A stretch of 64,000 nucleotides of DNA from Octopus sinensis (GCF_006345805.1 NC_043003.1:1240001-1304000), one strand, 5' to 3'; positions 26,007-40,163 are shown, numbered from the stretch's first letter. Notes: generated by a model not told the origin, from the letters alone. Numbers and translations: made by a program.

Positions 26007-26262
26007 TTGGGCTGCTGCATAATTATTGCAGCTTTTTTTTTCAACAAATTTTATTTAACTAAAACAATAACAACATGTGACAAAAACATCTTTAAATGAT
26101 TATTCCGAAGCATATTCACCATCTACTTCAATTACTGCTTCCCGTTTGCTTGGCAGACGATCAGACCGTCATTTAAAGATGTTTTTGTTAAATATTGTTA
26201 CTGTTTTTCTTGAATAACATTTGTTGAAAAAGAAAAACCGCAGTAGTTAGGCACCAACCTTA
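26007..26262. mobile_element. Non-autonomous mariner (MITE), second copy
   Basis: Colinear with 12772-13021 and TA-flanked. Confidence 0.85.
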
Positions 26263-26559
26263 TAGAATACCGTCAGAGAATTTTTCTGTGAACCATTTGC
26301 CTGTCCTCTGCATCATATCTAATACAAAGGACATGTTTCTCTGGCTGCCATTCATCTTATAAGATACACATTCCCCATTTATTTTTTTTTATCACTAGAG
26401 TAACTGGAGACGGATGAAAGGAAAGTGTTATATTGGTTGCTCTCGACCATTTCTTTACCCGATGGGCCCCTTTGATTCCCATCCCTTACTGGAGACCCCA
26501 CAGCCAATCGATGTTTAAAATAACCCATTATATTTTAATAATTGAATATTTATTTCTTC

Positions 26560-26950
26560 ATTGTCCACAGGTAGGGGGCTAAACATACAAAGGGATTAAG
26601 TAGATTACATCGACTCCAGTGCGTAACTGGTATTTATTTAATCGACCCAGAAGGGATGAAAGGCAAAGTCGACTTCGGCGGAATTTGAACTCAGAACATA
26701 ACGGCAGACGAAATACCTGTTTCTTTACTACCCACAAGGGGCTAAACACAGAGAGGACAAATAAGGACAGACAAACGGATTAAGTCGATTAGATCGACCC
26801 CAGTGCTTAACTGGTACTTATTTAATCGACCCCGAAAGCATGAACAGCAAAGTCGACCTCGTCGGAATTTGAACATAGAACGTAGCGGCAGACGAAATAC
26901 CGCTGAGCATTTCACCCGACGTGCTAACGATTCTGCCAGCTTCTCGCCGC
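26560..26950 (-). mobile_element. SINE family A dimer
   Basis: Same monomer plus head-truncated unit layout as 474-868. Confidence 0.8.
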
Positions 26951-26999
26951 ATTTTAATGATTAAGTATTATTGGGAAACCTTGGGAGGACGAGGCGGGT

Positions 27000-27464
27000 C
27001 ACTGGAGAAGTCGTGGGTAGCAACAAAAGGACTTTAAATCTGCTGAGTGTGGGGCCCATTCAATTGGCCCGTGACACCCGAGCCATCTCCCTGGAAAATG
27101 TTCATTTAGAAAATCATGAAACTGTAATGCATAATGGGGGGGTGGAGCCCCATCCTGCTGAAACCAGACAGGATTTCCCTTTGCAAGTGAATGCACAAGA
27201 GGCATCATCTTGTTGCTAACCAGGTCCACATACGAATCACCTGTCACAGAGCCCTTAGAATAAAACGGTCCAATTACATGATTGTGCCAAATCCCACACC
27301 ATTTCTTTGCCCCCCCCCCCCACGCCCCACCTTGTTGATTGTTTGACTCCATCCAATGAGGATTGGTTTGTGAGTAATATCAGAAGCTGTGAAAAGAGAT
27401 TTTTAAAAAAGTAAGAGAGAATGTTAACAATTTCCCGAGGGTGCGTGACTTTATGGCCACCCTA
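27000..27464 (-). mobile_element. Internally deleted Tc1/mariner element, DD41D (rosa)-like
   Basis: TA-flanked TIR TAGGGTGGCCATAAAGTCACGCACC. Translation WCGIWHNHVIGPF...WFQQDGAPPPHYALQFHDFLNEHFPGRWLG..GPIEWAPHSADL, with spacing after DGAP consistent with ~41 residues. Confidence 0.7.
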
Positions 27465-27546
27465 TATTATTGGGAACTCTATTAAAAAAATTGCTAAAAT
27501 ATTTGTGAATTGTAGAAGAATAACCAATTTATTATATTTTGTTGTG

Positions 27547-27686
27547 TAACACACACACCAGTAAAATTTCCACTTATTTCTTTATTTTTCTAAAATATTC
27601 GTTGAGCCTTGAAGGTTGCAAGACACAACGAAAATTTTAGAAAAATAAAAAAGAAACAAGTGGAAATTTTACCGGTGAGTGTGTTA
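27547..27686. repeat. 140-bp fold-back (MITE-like), ~58-bp arms
   Basis: caccagtaaaatttccacttatttc...ttcgttg / caacgaaaattttagaaaaa...gtggaaattttaccggtg. Confidence 0.8.
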
Positions 27687-28278
27687 AATGATAAGGCACT
27701 AAAAGAGAATGGCTCTCCCCAGACACAACAAAATATGCTTCAACACACGAACTCGTATAAAGAATCTTGCAAGCCAAATTCGAAAACGAAACAATTTATT
27801 ATACATAAACTTTAACAACAAAATTTTTATAGAGATCTTCAAGGGACATATGTACCCCACCCCCACTCCCCAGTTGTGGACCTCTGGTTTACAGTGTTCA
27901 GAACAAAGGGCTAACTAAAAGTTTGAAAACTAGCATGGACGTTTAAGACAAACTAATGAAAATACTTTGGAGAGGCAAAGGGTTAAATCAAGGCGAAAGC
28001 TTTCGGTGATTTATCAATTGGCTGGACGGTCTGTTTAAAATGGAACTGTTGAGACAGGCGCAGGTATTGCTGTATGCTTAAGAAAGACGCTTTGCCACAG
28101 CGTGATTTCTTGTTCAATCCCACTGCACGGTACATTGGGCAAGTGTCTTCTGCTATGGCCACGGGCCGAGCAATACTTCGTGAGTAAATTTGGTTGACGG
28201 AAATTGTGTGGAAGTGCGCTATATGTATGTATGTATGTATGTATGTATATATACATATACATATATATGTACACACGT

Positions 28279-28328
<50 letters not shown>

Positions 28329-28554
28329 TGCTATTATTGTTATTTAGCACCTTATCTCTTATCAGAAGAACTGAACTGAACGTCCAAACCATGACCATCC
28401 CATCTTAGATTCAATCAATATGCTCAGTATTACATTGTCCAACTTGTCCTTCATATATTAATATACTAACGGGGGATTTGATCGAAATTTGGCTGCTATT
28501 TTTAGCAGGCCTAACAATCGCACAGAATCTCTTTCATTAAATCAGTTGTTGCTG

Positions 28555-28915
28555 CTTTGTTTGTTTGTTGAGCGAAGCGGTCTTCGTCCTAGAAGTCCGA
28601 AACGTGGTCCTTTGCTATTCATAAGACCCGCAGAAGAGAAAGCAGGTCAACCCCCGACACCGAGAGCATCAACGAATGGATGACTGTGCATCCAGGCCCA
28701 ACAGTTGCAGAGGAAGTCAGAGACAAGAAACAGGAGGAAAGAGTGAGAGAAAGTTGGAGCGAAAGAGTACAACAGGGGTCGCCACCACCCCCTGCCTCGT
28801 GGAGCTTTAGGTGTTTTCGGTCAATAAACACACACAACGCCCGGTCTGGGAATCGAAACCGCGATCCTCCGACCGCGAGTCCGCTGCCCTAACCATTGGG
28901 CCATTGCACCTCCAC
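28555..28915 (-). mobile_element. tRNA-derived SINE (head B, tail X ending in (AAAC)n)
   Basis: Head nearly identical to 36307 and 40195; 3' part differs (ggttgacctgc...gaatagcaaaggaccacgtttcgg...aacaaacaaac). Confidence 0.85.
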
Positions 28916-29599
28916 AGTTGTTGCTGCTTGAAGAGGTGAGCCGGTCTCTTTCCCTTGCACCTTACTTATTAACATATCTTTAAGATAAAAAGAAATATTT
29001 CTAAATTGAGTAATTGAATCTTGAAACTTTTCCTTTTAAAATTTTATGTTGCAGCTTTTGGATTTTATTATAAATACGATGGTTTTACTCAGGTTTTGGG
29101 GTGACTGTACTCTATGAACCACGAATTCATAGTGCGATGGGGATTATAGATTTATCTTATCCTGGATAGAAAGCTGGTGAGGCATAGATAACATTCTTCA
29201 ATAATCTGGTTCAGATTTCCGATAGAGATTAGAAAAAACAAATAAAGAATATGGTTTACGTCGTAGGAATGTGGAAACTTCGGGAGAACGTGAAATAATT
29301 TGTTTTAATGACTGAACTCGAAGTAGATAACCTTATAAATAATACTGTGAATATTGAGTTAAAACCCTTTGAATAGAAACACGGCCGGCTTTTGACTGTC
29401 TTTTTTTATCCAAAGGATTACCTAATCCAAAATTTACTCGCTACTGTTTTTATTCTTATCTTTAAGGCAAAGAATTCTGAACCTAACAAAACATAGCAGA
29501 CAATAATAGTCAGCTACTAATGTAATAGTCATTCTTTCTGCGGCAACGCCTGAATTGTTTCGGTATTGTACTAATCTCAACAGCTAAGCATTATTAAAA

Positions 29600-29862
29600 T
29601 CCGTTATGGACAGCTTTGCAGGACATTGTTGGGAACTAAACATGAGTTGACAAGTGACCTACTGCTATGGATGCCAAAGCATGGCCGTATTCCAGCAGAC
29701 CGTCTGAACACAACGAATGTAGATCAACCCGCCAGAGATACTGGACGCCTCTCCGAAGACCCCCACCTCAAATAATGCAAGACCGAGATGGATGGCGTGT
29801 GTGAGTAAAAAATGTCCGAGCAAGCTCGACCAGATGATGATAAAGATGATGATGATGATGGA
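29600..29862 (+). mobile_element. RTE LINE 3' end with (GAT)n tail
   Basis: FAGHCW..KHELTSDLLLWMPKHGR...QIMQDRDGWR followed by gatgatgat. Confidence 0.75.
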
Positions 29863-30264
29863 TAGTATTAGATCGAAATAGCAACCTGTGTACCATGCTT
29901 AATGCAGATACATCGCCAAAGGCAAATTAACTGCGGTGTACGGAAACAATATTGCTAATTGCAACATCAGTAGTTTTTCAATCAGTTTTCCCTGTACCAG
30001 TAATGAGGAATTTCGTCTTAGCGTGCAATTGCCAGTTGGTACACGTTACTGACGAAGCTCAATAATGCAGAAATACGCACCAAGCTTTCGCACGCCCGCT
30101 GTTGGATGAATATCATTTGTGTTTTTAAACATTGTTCGCTCGCAAAAGGTATTATCTCCGAACAAATACTGTATGTATTTGCCTTTCAAAATGTATTTGC
30201 ATTGATTATGATACATAAATACCTATGTACGGTATAATATATATATATATATTATATATATATA

Positions 30265-30306
<42 letters not shown>

Positions 30307-30763
30307 TATATATATAAATCTGTAGTATATAAATCTGTAGTATATAAATAAATGTATATTCACGTCTTATATCACCTGACTATACGCTTTTATATATAAA
30401 TAAATACATATACATATATTATTTTCTTATTTTGTTCGGGAAATAGATTTACAAATAGAACAGAAACGAAGACAGACCAAAGGAAGGAGAAGACATAGAT
30501 GTGTCTTACCAATAAATATCTCATTAATTGAGAAGAGGAGAATATTTTCACTTTGAGGCGGATAAGTCTCAGCAGCTATTGAGCTCTATCAATACACATA
30601 TATCATTTATATATATTCATAGACATACGGAAGCGTTGATGACAAGCCATAATAGTACCAACGTGCATCAGTGTGTGTGTGTGTGTGTGTGTGCGTGTAC
30701 GCTTCTTAGTATGACTATCTACGTGGGCATATTATACATAAGTTTACGCATATAGGTGTATAG

Positions 30764-30795
<32 letters not shown>

Positions 30796-31059
30796 ATAAA
30801 CATGCTTGAGCTAAATATCGTATGTGTTCACTTACATACACATGCATGCGTATAAACATACACATACGCAGAAACACAATATATGTATGTGTATATAAAT
30901 GTGTATACGCACACACGCACACGCACACTCATATATATCCAAGTACATATATATATATGTATGTATATATATATAGAATATTTATATATATATATATAGT
31001 ATATGTATATATAGTATAATGTGTGTATATATATATTGTATATGAATATGCATATACTA

Positions 31060-31091
<32 letters not shown>

Positions 31092-31798
31092 TGGCATGCG
31101 TATGTCTTGTTGGCTATCCATATATGTGTATACGTATGCATAAGTGTTTGTCTTGATGCATATTTGAAGATGAACGAGTTGCTATGTGAATATTAAAATA
31201 ACAGAAATATTAGAAAAAGCTACAACTGGAATATATTGTTGTCTTTCTTTTTCACCGGGACTGCGGGGTCTCCTTATCGTTTCTTTTTTTCTTTTTTCTT
31301 TTTTTTTTTTGGATACTTTCATTTTTTTTTTCTTTAGCAAACATTTGAAATTAGTAATAACACAATTTTAATTAAATCTTCCCAATATTGCCTGTTATGA
31401 GATTTTTAGCATTCCTTCTGTCTCTGATTATGCTTATGGACAGAAATTACCGACAAGTAGCTGAGTAGGTCGAAGTATGTTTTCCATATCGTATATTTCA
31501 ATCACATATATCGTCTTGTTATGAAATGAAAGTCAGACGCCAGAATGTCCAGAAGTAAGAGTTCATAAATGTATCTGCATCGAGCTCACTGTTGTCCCAG
31601 GGCCCATTCAAGCCATATAGACAGCGCCTCCTTCCAGCCGTAACCGTTATTAAAAGTGAGCGAAACCATCTAGGTTTAAATGTTCCTTCAGTTCTTCCCA
31701 TTTAACTATTTCATGCCTTAGGTTGAAAACTCTTTATCCATGCAAGCAGTGTAGATTTAAATGTGTTATCATATACATAGCACGCTCGTAAACGACCA

Positions 31799-32037
<239 letters not shown>

Positions 32038-32039
32038 TC

Positions 32040-32405
32040 TTTACTCTTTAGAGCAAATCTACCCCAGGACTTATTCTTTGTAAGCCTAGTACCTATTCTA
32101 TCGCTCTCTTTTGCCGAACCACAAAGTTACGGGGGTGTAAACACACCAACATCGGTTGTCAAGCGATGTTCGGGGGAACAAACATACACACACACTCATA
32201 CATACATATATATATATATATATAATATATATATATATATGTACGACGGGCTTCTTTAAGTTTCCGTCTACCAAATCCACTCACAAGGCTTTGGTCGGCC
32301 CGAGGCTATAGTAGAAAACGCTTGCCCAAGGTGCCACGCAGTGGGACTGAGCCCGGAACCATGTGGTTCGTAAGCAAGCTACTTACTGCACAGCCACTCC
32401 TACAC
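32040..32405 (-). mobile_element. CORE-like SINE (family C)
   Basis: Reverse complement of 61125-61440. Confidence 0.85.
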
Positions 32406-32464
<59 letters not shown>

Positions 32465-32519
32465 CGTGTGTGTGTGTGTGTGTGTGGAACTACACACGTG
32501 CTGTTGGTGTTTTTTTCCC

Positions 32520-32650
32520 CCTTCTCTGGATTATTTCGTTTTCCTTTCTGACGAAGAGCTATGCTTGAAACGTTAAAAATCTTTTTACCGAGCGTCAAAC
32601 TAATACATTCCATGTGCACATCCTCTTGTTGATTTGTTATAGTTATGCTT
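32520..32650 (+). mobile_element. Penelope-like terminal repeat fragment with minimal hammerhead-like motif
   Basis: ctttCTGACGAAGAGCtatGCTTGAAACGTTAAAA...gagcgtcaaactaatac. Confidence 0.55.
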
Positions 32651-32677
32651 AATGTACAGTTATTCAATTCGACTATT

Positions 32678-32806
<129 letters not shown>

Positions 32807-32809
32807 ATC

Positions 32810-33080
32810 AGGCGCGTGGCTTAGTGGTTAGGGTATTCGGCTCACGATCATAAGGTCGTGAGTTCAATTCCCAGCAGCACATTGTGTCCTTGAGCAAGAC
32901 ACTTTATTTCACGAGGCTCCAGTCCACTCAGCTGGCAAAAATGAGTTGTATTTCAAAGGACAAGCCCCGTCACATTCGGTGTGTCACGTTGAATCGCCCT
33001 TAGAACTACGTTAAGGGTACATGTGTCTGTGGAGTGCTCAGCCACTTGCAAGCTGTTCCGTTGATCGGATCAACTGTTAG
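32810..33080 (+). mobile_element. tRNA-derived SINE (head D, CORE-like segment, tail Y)
   Basis: ggcgcgtggcttagtggttagg...gagttcaattccc...gtgtccttgagcaagacactt; the 3' part matches tail Y of 36307-36690. Confidence 0.8.
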
Positions 33081-33134
33081 TTATATACAGGTTGCCATTT
33101 TATATTTTTAATTCCGCGCATGCGCATTGTTTTT

Positions 33135-33314
33135 CTTTTGGTTTTCTTCCGGAGTTTTGTTTCGACGAGGAGGTTTTTCCCTCCTTCTCAAAAGCTGTTA
33201 TTACTTTCGAGACAGTACTTTTTGACACACGAAACATTTCGGCTGTTTTCGTTACGCTAGCGCCTGCCATTCGAACACCAACAGTTTGTCCTCTTTGAAT
33301 GTCCGATAGATCTG
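33135..33314 (-). pseudogene. Tc1-like transposase N-terminal HTH fragment
   Basis: DLSDIQRGQTVGVRMAGASVTKTAEMFRVSKSTVSKVITAFEKEGKTSSSKQNSGRKPK. Confidence 0.75.
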
Positions 33315-33424
33315 TTATTTTAATGAATTTTAATTAATTTTTTCTGATGATATCTGAAAAGAAACAGCAATTTTAGCAAAACTTTAAGCAACACTAATAA
33401 TAAATTAAAGAAAACATAAAAATA

Positions 33425-34075
33425 AACATACATACACGCATACATGCATACGTACATACACACACACGTACATACATACATACATACACACGCAGACATA
33501 TATACACACACATACATACATGCTCAAACACACACAGCCATACATACATACATACATACATACACACATACATACATACATATACACATAACATACATAC
33601 ATACGTACGTACATACATACATACATACATACATACACACATACATACATACATACATACACACACACATACATACATACATACACACATACATGCACTC
33701 ATACATACATACACACACACATACATACATACATACATACATACATACATGCACACATACATACACACACACATACATACATACATGCACACATACATAC
33801 ATACACACATACATACATACATACATACATACATACATACATACATACATACATACACACACATACATACATACATACATACACACACACATACATACAT
33901 ACATACATACATACATACATACACACACATACATACATACATACACACACACATACATACATACATACACACACACATACATACATACATACACACACAC
34001 ATACATACATACATACATACATACATACATACATACATACATGCACACATACATACATACGTACGTACCATTCAT
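33425..34075. repeat. (ATAC)n/(AC)n compound microsatellite, ~650 bp
   Basis: Seen directly. Confidence 0.95.
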
Positions 34076-34519
34076 CCATCTTCCGCCGTAGGGTCCTGTC
34101 AGAAACAACCGGTTGTTGCGTCCTCTCCCCGAGCTCTCTTCAACCCTCGCCCTAAAAACTAGTGAACGCCTGCTTCGATAGCCTGTTTTATGCTCTTCAT
34201 TTTATGCATTTGTGACCTCCTTGATGTCGCCCCTTCTGTGCAAACGACATTCCACGCCACTCATCCGTAATCATCCTCACTTAATGATCATTCATATGTA
34301 ACCTTAACACCATACTCACATTCACTGAATCTATGCCTATAGACAGGGCCGACCCTGGGGTTTCTGGTGCCCCTGGGCAAGTTGAACTTAGGTATGTACA
34401 AGCTGACAGTCGTGGAAATTTCCTTGTCTGTGTCACGTCCTCCTTGGCGCCCCCTGGTACATGGCGCCCCGGGCGGCTGCACGAGTTGCCGGTGCCTTTT
34501 GCCGGCCACCAAGAACAGA

Positions 34520-34790
34520 CTGGCAAGAGCACATAACCAATGAAGATTTTCTGAAGAGAACCAACAGACGGCTACTCGCCAGGTACCTCACAGCATGTTA
34601 CATATGCTGGGTACCAAAAACAACGCCATTCTCCAACAGCTTTGAAATGGACACCACAAGAGGGGGAAAGAAAGGAAGACTACAGGGTGCAGAACATTCA
34701 TAATTGACATGAGGAAGGCCGATATTAGGTGGGAAGATGGAGAGAAAAACCAGAGCCAACAGAAACCAGGGGCATCCACTTGCTGCCTAA
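34520..34790 (+). mobile_element. RTE-type LINE 3' coding remnant
   Basis: WQEHITNEDFLKRT and LKWTPQEG...TFIIDMRKADIRWE fragments in shifting frames. Confidence 0.55.
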
Positions 34791-34899
34791 AGAACACAGG
34801 AGGAACTGAAACTAAAACTGAATTAATAGACACAACAATAAAAGAACAAGAGGCCTTAAACCTGAAATGATCTCTCATCGAAATCCTACATACTAGTTT

Positions 34900-35310
34900 C
34901 AGATTTTTGCACAAGGCCAGCAACTTCGGGGGAGGCGACAAGTCGATCCCATTGTTCAAATGGTACTTGTTTTATTGACCCCGAAAGGAATGAAAAGCGA
35001 TGTCGACCTCAGCAGAATTTGAACGCAGAACGTAAAGACGGACAAAATAACGATAAACTTTTCGCCCGGCGTCCTGACGATTTTTGGCGGCCTTACAGAA
35101 ATCCCACTTTGTCTTTTCTACTCTAGGCACAAGGCCGACATTTTGGGCCAGTCGATTAGATCGATCCCAGTACGCAACTGTTATTTAATTTATCGACCCC
35201 GAAAGGATGAAAGGCAAAGTCGACCTCGGCGGCATTTGAACTCAGAACGTAAAGACAGACTGCTAAGCATTTCGCCCGGCCTACTAACGATTCCGCCAGC
35301 TCGCTGCCTT
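34900..35310 (-). mobile_element. Two tandem SINE family A copies
   Basis: Reverse-complement family A units at ~34900-35090 and ~35110-35310. Confidence 0.8.
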
Positions 35311-35869
35311 ACCAGAAATCCCATAACGACAACAAGGTTTTCCTTCTTAGAGCTGAGATATACTTCAACTCTCAACTCCACTAAGCCTCTCTTTATATGG
35401 GATATAGCGGTTGTTGTGCACTCCCGCACACACGTTCAAGGCCGTATCTAAAATAAGACCGAGCGGCTGATTGACAAAGTTTCTTTCCCCAACACACTTC
35501 AACTATTTATATATATGGTTATGCTCTTTCTTCTCTCTCTATCTTTCGCCACGCTAGCGACCTCAGTTCCTATGAAATAACTAGTATAGTTTACTACATA
35601 CCTTCTTCTTCTTCTACTATTAAAATAGTTTCCTTTTCCTTCTTCGTACAAAACCACTTTCTTCGTTCACTCAATCCTTCCTTCGCATTATTTATTAGAG
35701 AGTACAACATATTTTATAATAGGTTTTGCAAGAAGGGAGATCTGTCGAAGTCTATCTAGCTAAATAGGCTGTATTTCGAAGTCACTTTCACCCCCATTTC
35801 TTGAAAAGTATAAAGCACATACACACATATAAACATACATACACACACACACATATATATATGTATATG

Positions 35870-35903
<34 letters not shown>

Positions 35904-35947
35904 TGTATGTATGTATATACACACATATAAATACATACATATATATT

Positions 35948-35978
<31 letters not shown>

Positions 35979-36029
35979 GTATGCATGTAGATGATAGGTA
36001 GATAGAGAGAGAGAGAGATGGATGGATAG

Positions 36030-36073
<44 letters not shown>

Positions 36074-36227
36074 GTAGGTAGATAGATTATTATATTTGCT
36101 TAAAAGTGTGTATATAAATATATATTATACATGTGTGCGTATGTGCAAATGTGTGCTTGTATGTGTATCTATGTGAATGTGTGGGTGAGTATCTGAGGGA
36201 GAGAGAGACAGACAGACCGAAAGAGAA

Positions 36228-36270
<43 letters not shown>

Positions 36271-36306
36271 TGAGTGTGTTGGTTAATATGTCTCTTTTTG
36301 CAGCAG

Positions 36307-36690
36307 GTGGAGGCGCAATGGCCCAGTGGTTAGGGCAGCGGACTCGCGGTCATAGGATCGCGGTTTCGATTCCCAGACCGGGCGTTGTGAGTGTTTATTG
36401 AGCGAAAACACCTAAAAGTTCCACGAGGCTCCGGCAGGGGATGGTGGTGATCCCTGCTGTACTCTTTCGCCACAACTTTCTCTCACTTTTACTTCCTGCT
36501 TCTGTTGTACCTGTATTTCAAGGGGCCGGCTTTGTCACTCTCTGTGTCACGCTGAATATCCCCGAGAACTACGTTAAGGGTGCACGTGTCTGTGGAGTGC
36601 TCAGCCACTTACACGTTAATTTCACGAGCAGGCTGTTCCGTTGATCGGATCAACCGGAACCCTCATCGTCGTAACCGACGGAGTGCTTCC
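36307..36690 (+). mobile_element. tRNA-derived SINE (head B, tail Y), near complete
   Basis: A box tggcccagtggttagg, B-box-like ggtttcgattccc, then body and tail to ...accgacggagtgc. Confidence 0.9.
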
Positions 36691-36845
36691 ATTTTTGCAG
36701 CAGGCAGAAATAGAACTTGTCACTTGGAAACTCTTATGACAATTTGCGTAGATTTTATATAAGCAGCTCTCCACAATCACTTTAAAATCCATCTCTCTGA
36801 AAGCCGTTGTCCATAACACATACATATGCACAAATACATATAAAC

Positions 36846-36892
<47 letters not shown>

Positions 36893-36898
36893 TATATA

Positions 36899-38517
36899 CA
36901 GTTGCGGCCAAAATGTTCAGAACGGCTTTTTCGTCAAAAAAGTAGGTATAAGTTTTTATCAAAGTTGTTTTATATTCTATAATTTTCACAGACAATAAAT
37001 ACGATATTATTTGGTATTGTCTGAGATTTTGGTGTAATATGAGAAGATAATAAAAAAGTTATGGATGATTTAGGGATTTACTGCAAAACCCATGGCGGCC
37101 AAAATGATCAGAACGGTTGCTTTTACTCCATGTTTTAGTATATATAACCGGCGAACTCTAATGTTTTGAATTTGTTTACGTGACGGTTCGTTTACTAAAC
37201 ATTAGTAAGAATATCTGCAGTGTACTTTGTTAATATAATGCCACTTACTCCGTTACCAATTCGTCAGAGATTAAAGCTCGGAAGAAGGATAATTTAAGTA
37301 TTAGGTCTATTGCAAAGATTGTTAACAAGTCAAAAAGTGTTGTTCACGGTATTCTTAAGGTCTACGATGATTGTGGTTCGTGTGAAGCAAGAAAGTCTAC
37401 ATGTAGGCCAAGAAAAACGACCAAGAGAGAAGATCGTGCTATGGTAAAGTTGGTTAAAATGGACAGATTTAAAACTGCTGCTGCTGTTTTTCGGGAAATG
37501 AGCATTGTACTGAAGAAAACTTTATCTCGAAAAACTGTGTCTCGTCCTTTAGTGGAACATGACCTACAAGCAAGAGCACTTGCAGTGAAGCCACTGATCA
37601 GCTCCAAGAATAAAAAGTGTCGTCTTACCTTTGCAACCGAACATGTGTTGTGGTCTCAAGAAAAATGGCAAACGGTGAATTTCAGTGATGAATCTAAGTC
37701 TATGTTATTTGGCTCAGATGGGAAAAGGTACGTTCGTCGAAAAGCAGGTGAAAAATTGTCACCTAAATGCCTTAAGACTAGTGTTAAATTCGGTGAAGGA
37801 AGTGTCATGGTTTGGGGGATGATATCTGGAGATGTTGTGGGCCCTTTGCTGCGATTACATGGAAAGGTAAATGCAGGAGTTTATAAACAACTTGTAAAAG
37901 ATCATGTCTTGCCTGTGCTGAGAAATTCAACTAAGCGACCACCCATATTCATGCAGGACAATGCCCCATGTCACAAGGCTAAGGTGGTCATGAACTTCCT
38001 CAAGGATGAAAAGGTTATTATTATGGATTGGCCTGCTCAAAGCCCAGACCTCAATCTATTGAAAATGTGTGGAATATTCTAGGAGAACGTTTGATAGCCA
38101 GAAATCCTAAAACAACCGAGCAATTATGGAATGCCCTTCAGGAAGAATGGAATAAGATCACCCAGCAAGAAATTGAAAATTTAATTTCCCCATGCAGTCG
38201 AAAATGTCAAACTTTGATTGAAGCTAAAGGGCTTCAAACTAAATATGAAATAATTCCAGCATTCTCTGTCACTTTTTGAATATTTTGTTATTTTTTCAAC
38301 CGTTCTGATCATTTCGGCCACCATGGGTTTTGCAGTAAATCACTATATCATCCATAACTTTTGTATTATCCACTCAAATTACACCAAACTCTCAGACAAT
38401 ACCAATTAATATCGTATTTATTGTCTGTGAAAATTATAGAATATAAAACAACTTTAATAAAAACTTATACCTACTTTTCTGACAAAAGCAAATGCCGTTC
38501 TGAACATTTTGCCGCAA

Positions 38518-38520
<3 letters not shown>
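36899..38520 (+). mobile_element. Full-length Tc1-family DNA transposon (DD34E, IR/DR-type), 1622 bp
   Basis: TIRs of ~220 bp (36899-37119 and 38297-38520) starting CAGTTGCGG, each with an outer and an inner ggccaaaatg(t/a)tcagaacgg direct repeat; TA on both sides. Confidence 0.95.
37238..38279 (+). pseudogene. Tc1 transposase with at least two frameshifts
   Basis: HTH region LSIRSIAKIVNKSKSVVHGIL; FSDESK; GSVMVWG; FMQDNAPCH; WPAQSPDLN/IENVW. Frameshifts near 37270 and 38058. Confidence 0.9.
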
Positions 38521-38593
<73 letters not shown>

Positions 38594-38885
38594 TATATAA
38601 ATTAATAATAAATATAGGGAATAAATCCAAATTTACAGGGAAAATCAGATTTAGGATTGAATCCAATTTTATAGTAAAATATTATATTATATTAAATTAG
38701 AGACAAACCACTATTATGCAAATCAACAAAGAAAGACTTAAGCCAATACATAAATTTCTTTGTTTGATTTGCATAATAGTGGTTTTGTCTCTAATGCCCC
38801 AGCAAATTGGCGGTGCCCCAGCATGGCCACAGCTCATAAGCTGAAACTAGAATCAATCAATCAATCAATCATATATATATATATA

Positions 38886-40162
38886 CTGGATCTACTGGAT
38901 CGCTCACAGGTGGATGTGGTATATCTCGACTTTGCGAAGGCCTTTGACAAAGTCGACCACGGAGTGATATGTCACAAATTACTCAGACTCGGCATAACAG
39001 GAAAAGTAGGTGAGTGGATACATGACTTCCTGAAGGACAGAAGCCAGATGGTTGCAGCCAATGGAGCCCTCTCGGGAAAGAACCAATAGCAAGCGGGGTG
39101 CCACAGGGCACAGTCTTGGGACCCTTGCTGTTTTTGGTGGCGCTCTCTGACATGCCCTTGGTAGCAAAACAACATCCCTCACTAGCTAGCTGATGACACA
39201 AAGGTAGCACAGGCAATTAAAAACCCAGCTGTGCTGACCTTTTACAACAAGATCTGGATGCCATATACAAATGGGCTGAAGAAAACAACATGCAATTAAT
39301 GTTGGTAAATTTCAAGCCTTACAATATCAAGCTGTAAACACATATACATTACAACACAACTATACTGGCCAGGAGGGATCGAAATCCCAGTATCGAAATC
39401 AATACGGACCTGGGATAGACATGAGTGACGATGCATCTTTTTCTTCACACATCGCGAAGGTGGCGACAATGTGCAGACGACTCACTGGCTGGATCCTGAG
39501 GACATTCCGGACAAGAGACTGCGAGACCATGTTGACACTATGGAGGACATTTGTCCTAAGCCGCCTAGACTACTGCTCCCAACTGTGGTCACCGCATAGT
39601 GTCAAACTAACACAGAGCTTGAGACAATCCAAAGACATTTCACCAAGAGGATTTCCACCATGAAAGAAAAGAACTATTGGGAGAGGCTTAGGGAACTCAA
39701 TTTGTACTCCTTGGAACGAAGACGAGAGATATATGCAGTGATATACATATGGAAAATCCTGGAGGGACTAGCACCAATTTTGGAATTGAGAGCTGTTCCA
39801 ATCCCCGTACAGGTCGTCACTGTGTGGTGCCAAAGGTCCCGTCTTCCACATCCAGGGTAAGGAGCAGATACTGTAATAGCCTGGGGTTCAGGGGCCCTCA
39901 GCTGTTCAACAAACTGCCAAGAAAACTAAGAGATCTACATGATGCGGATGTGGACATTTTCAAAAAACATCTAGACAAGCTATTTCCGGGATCCCAGATG
40001 AACCCACTGCAAGGTACGAAGGTAACCTAAGGGCAGCAGCTACAAACTCTCTCTTAGATCAGTGGCCAGCCACGGCAAACTGGACTTAGAGAGGGTAGCA
40101 ACAAGGGCGGTGCCCCAGCATGGCCTCAGCCGGATGGCTGAAACAAGTAAAAGAGTAAAAGA

Positions 40163-40163
<1 letters not shown>
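38886..40163 (+). mobile_element. 5'-truncated CR1-group LINE (RT remnant, 3' UTR, (AAAGAGT)n-like tail)
   Basis: DVVYLDFAKAFDKVDH; SGVPQGTVLGPLLF; TFVLSRLDYCSQLWSP; ends ggcggtgccccagcatggcc...ctgaaacaagtaaaagagtaaaagag. Confidence 0.9.

Noticed and set aside
36307-36385. tRNA genes at SINE heads (also 28840-28915, 32810-32880, 40195-40270, 61125-61195)
   Set aside because: A and B boxes are present, but there is no complete cloverleaf and each continues into a SINE body.
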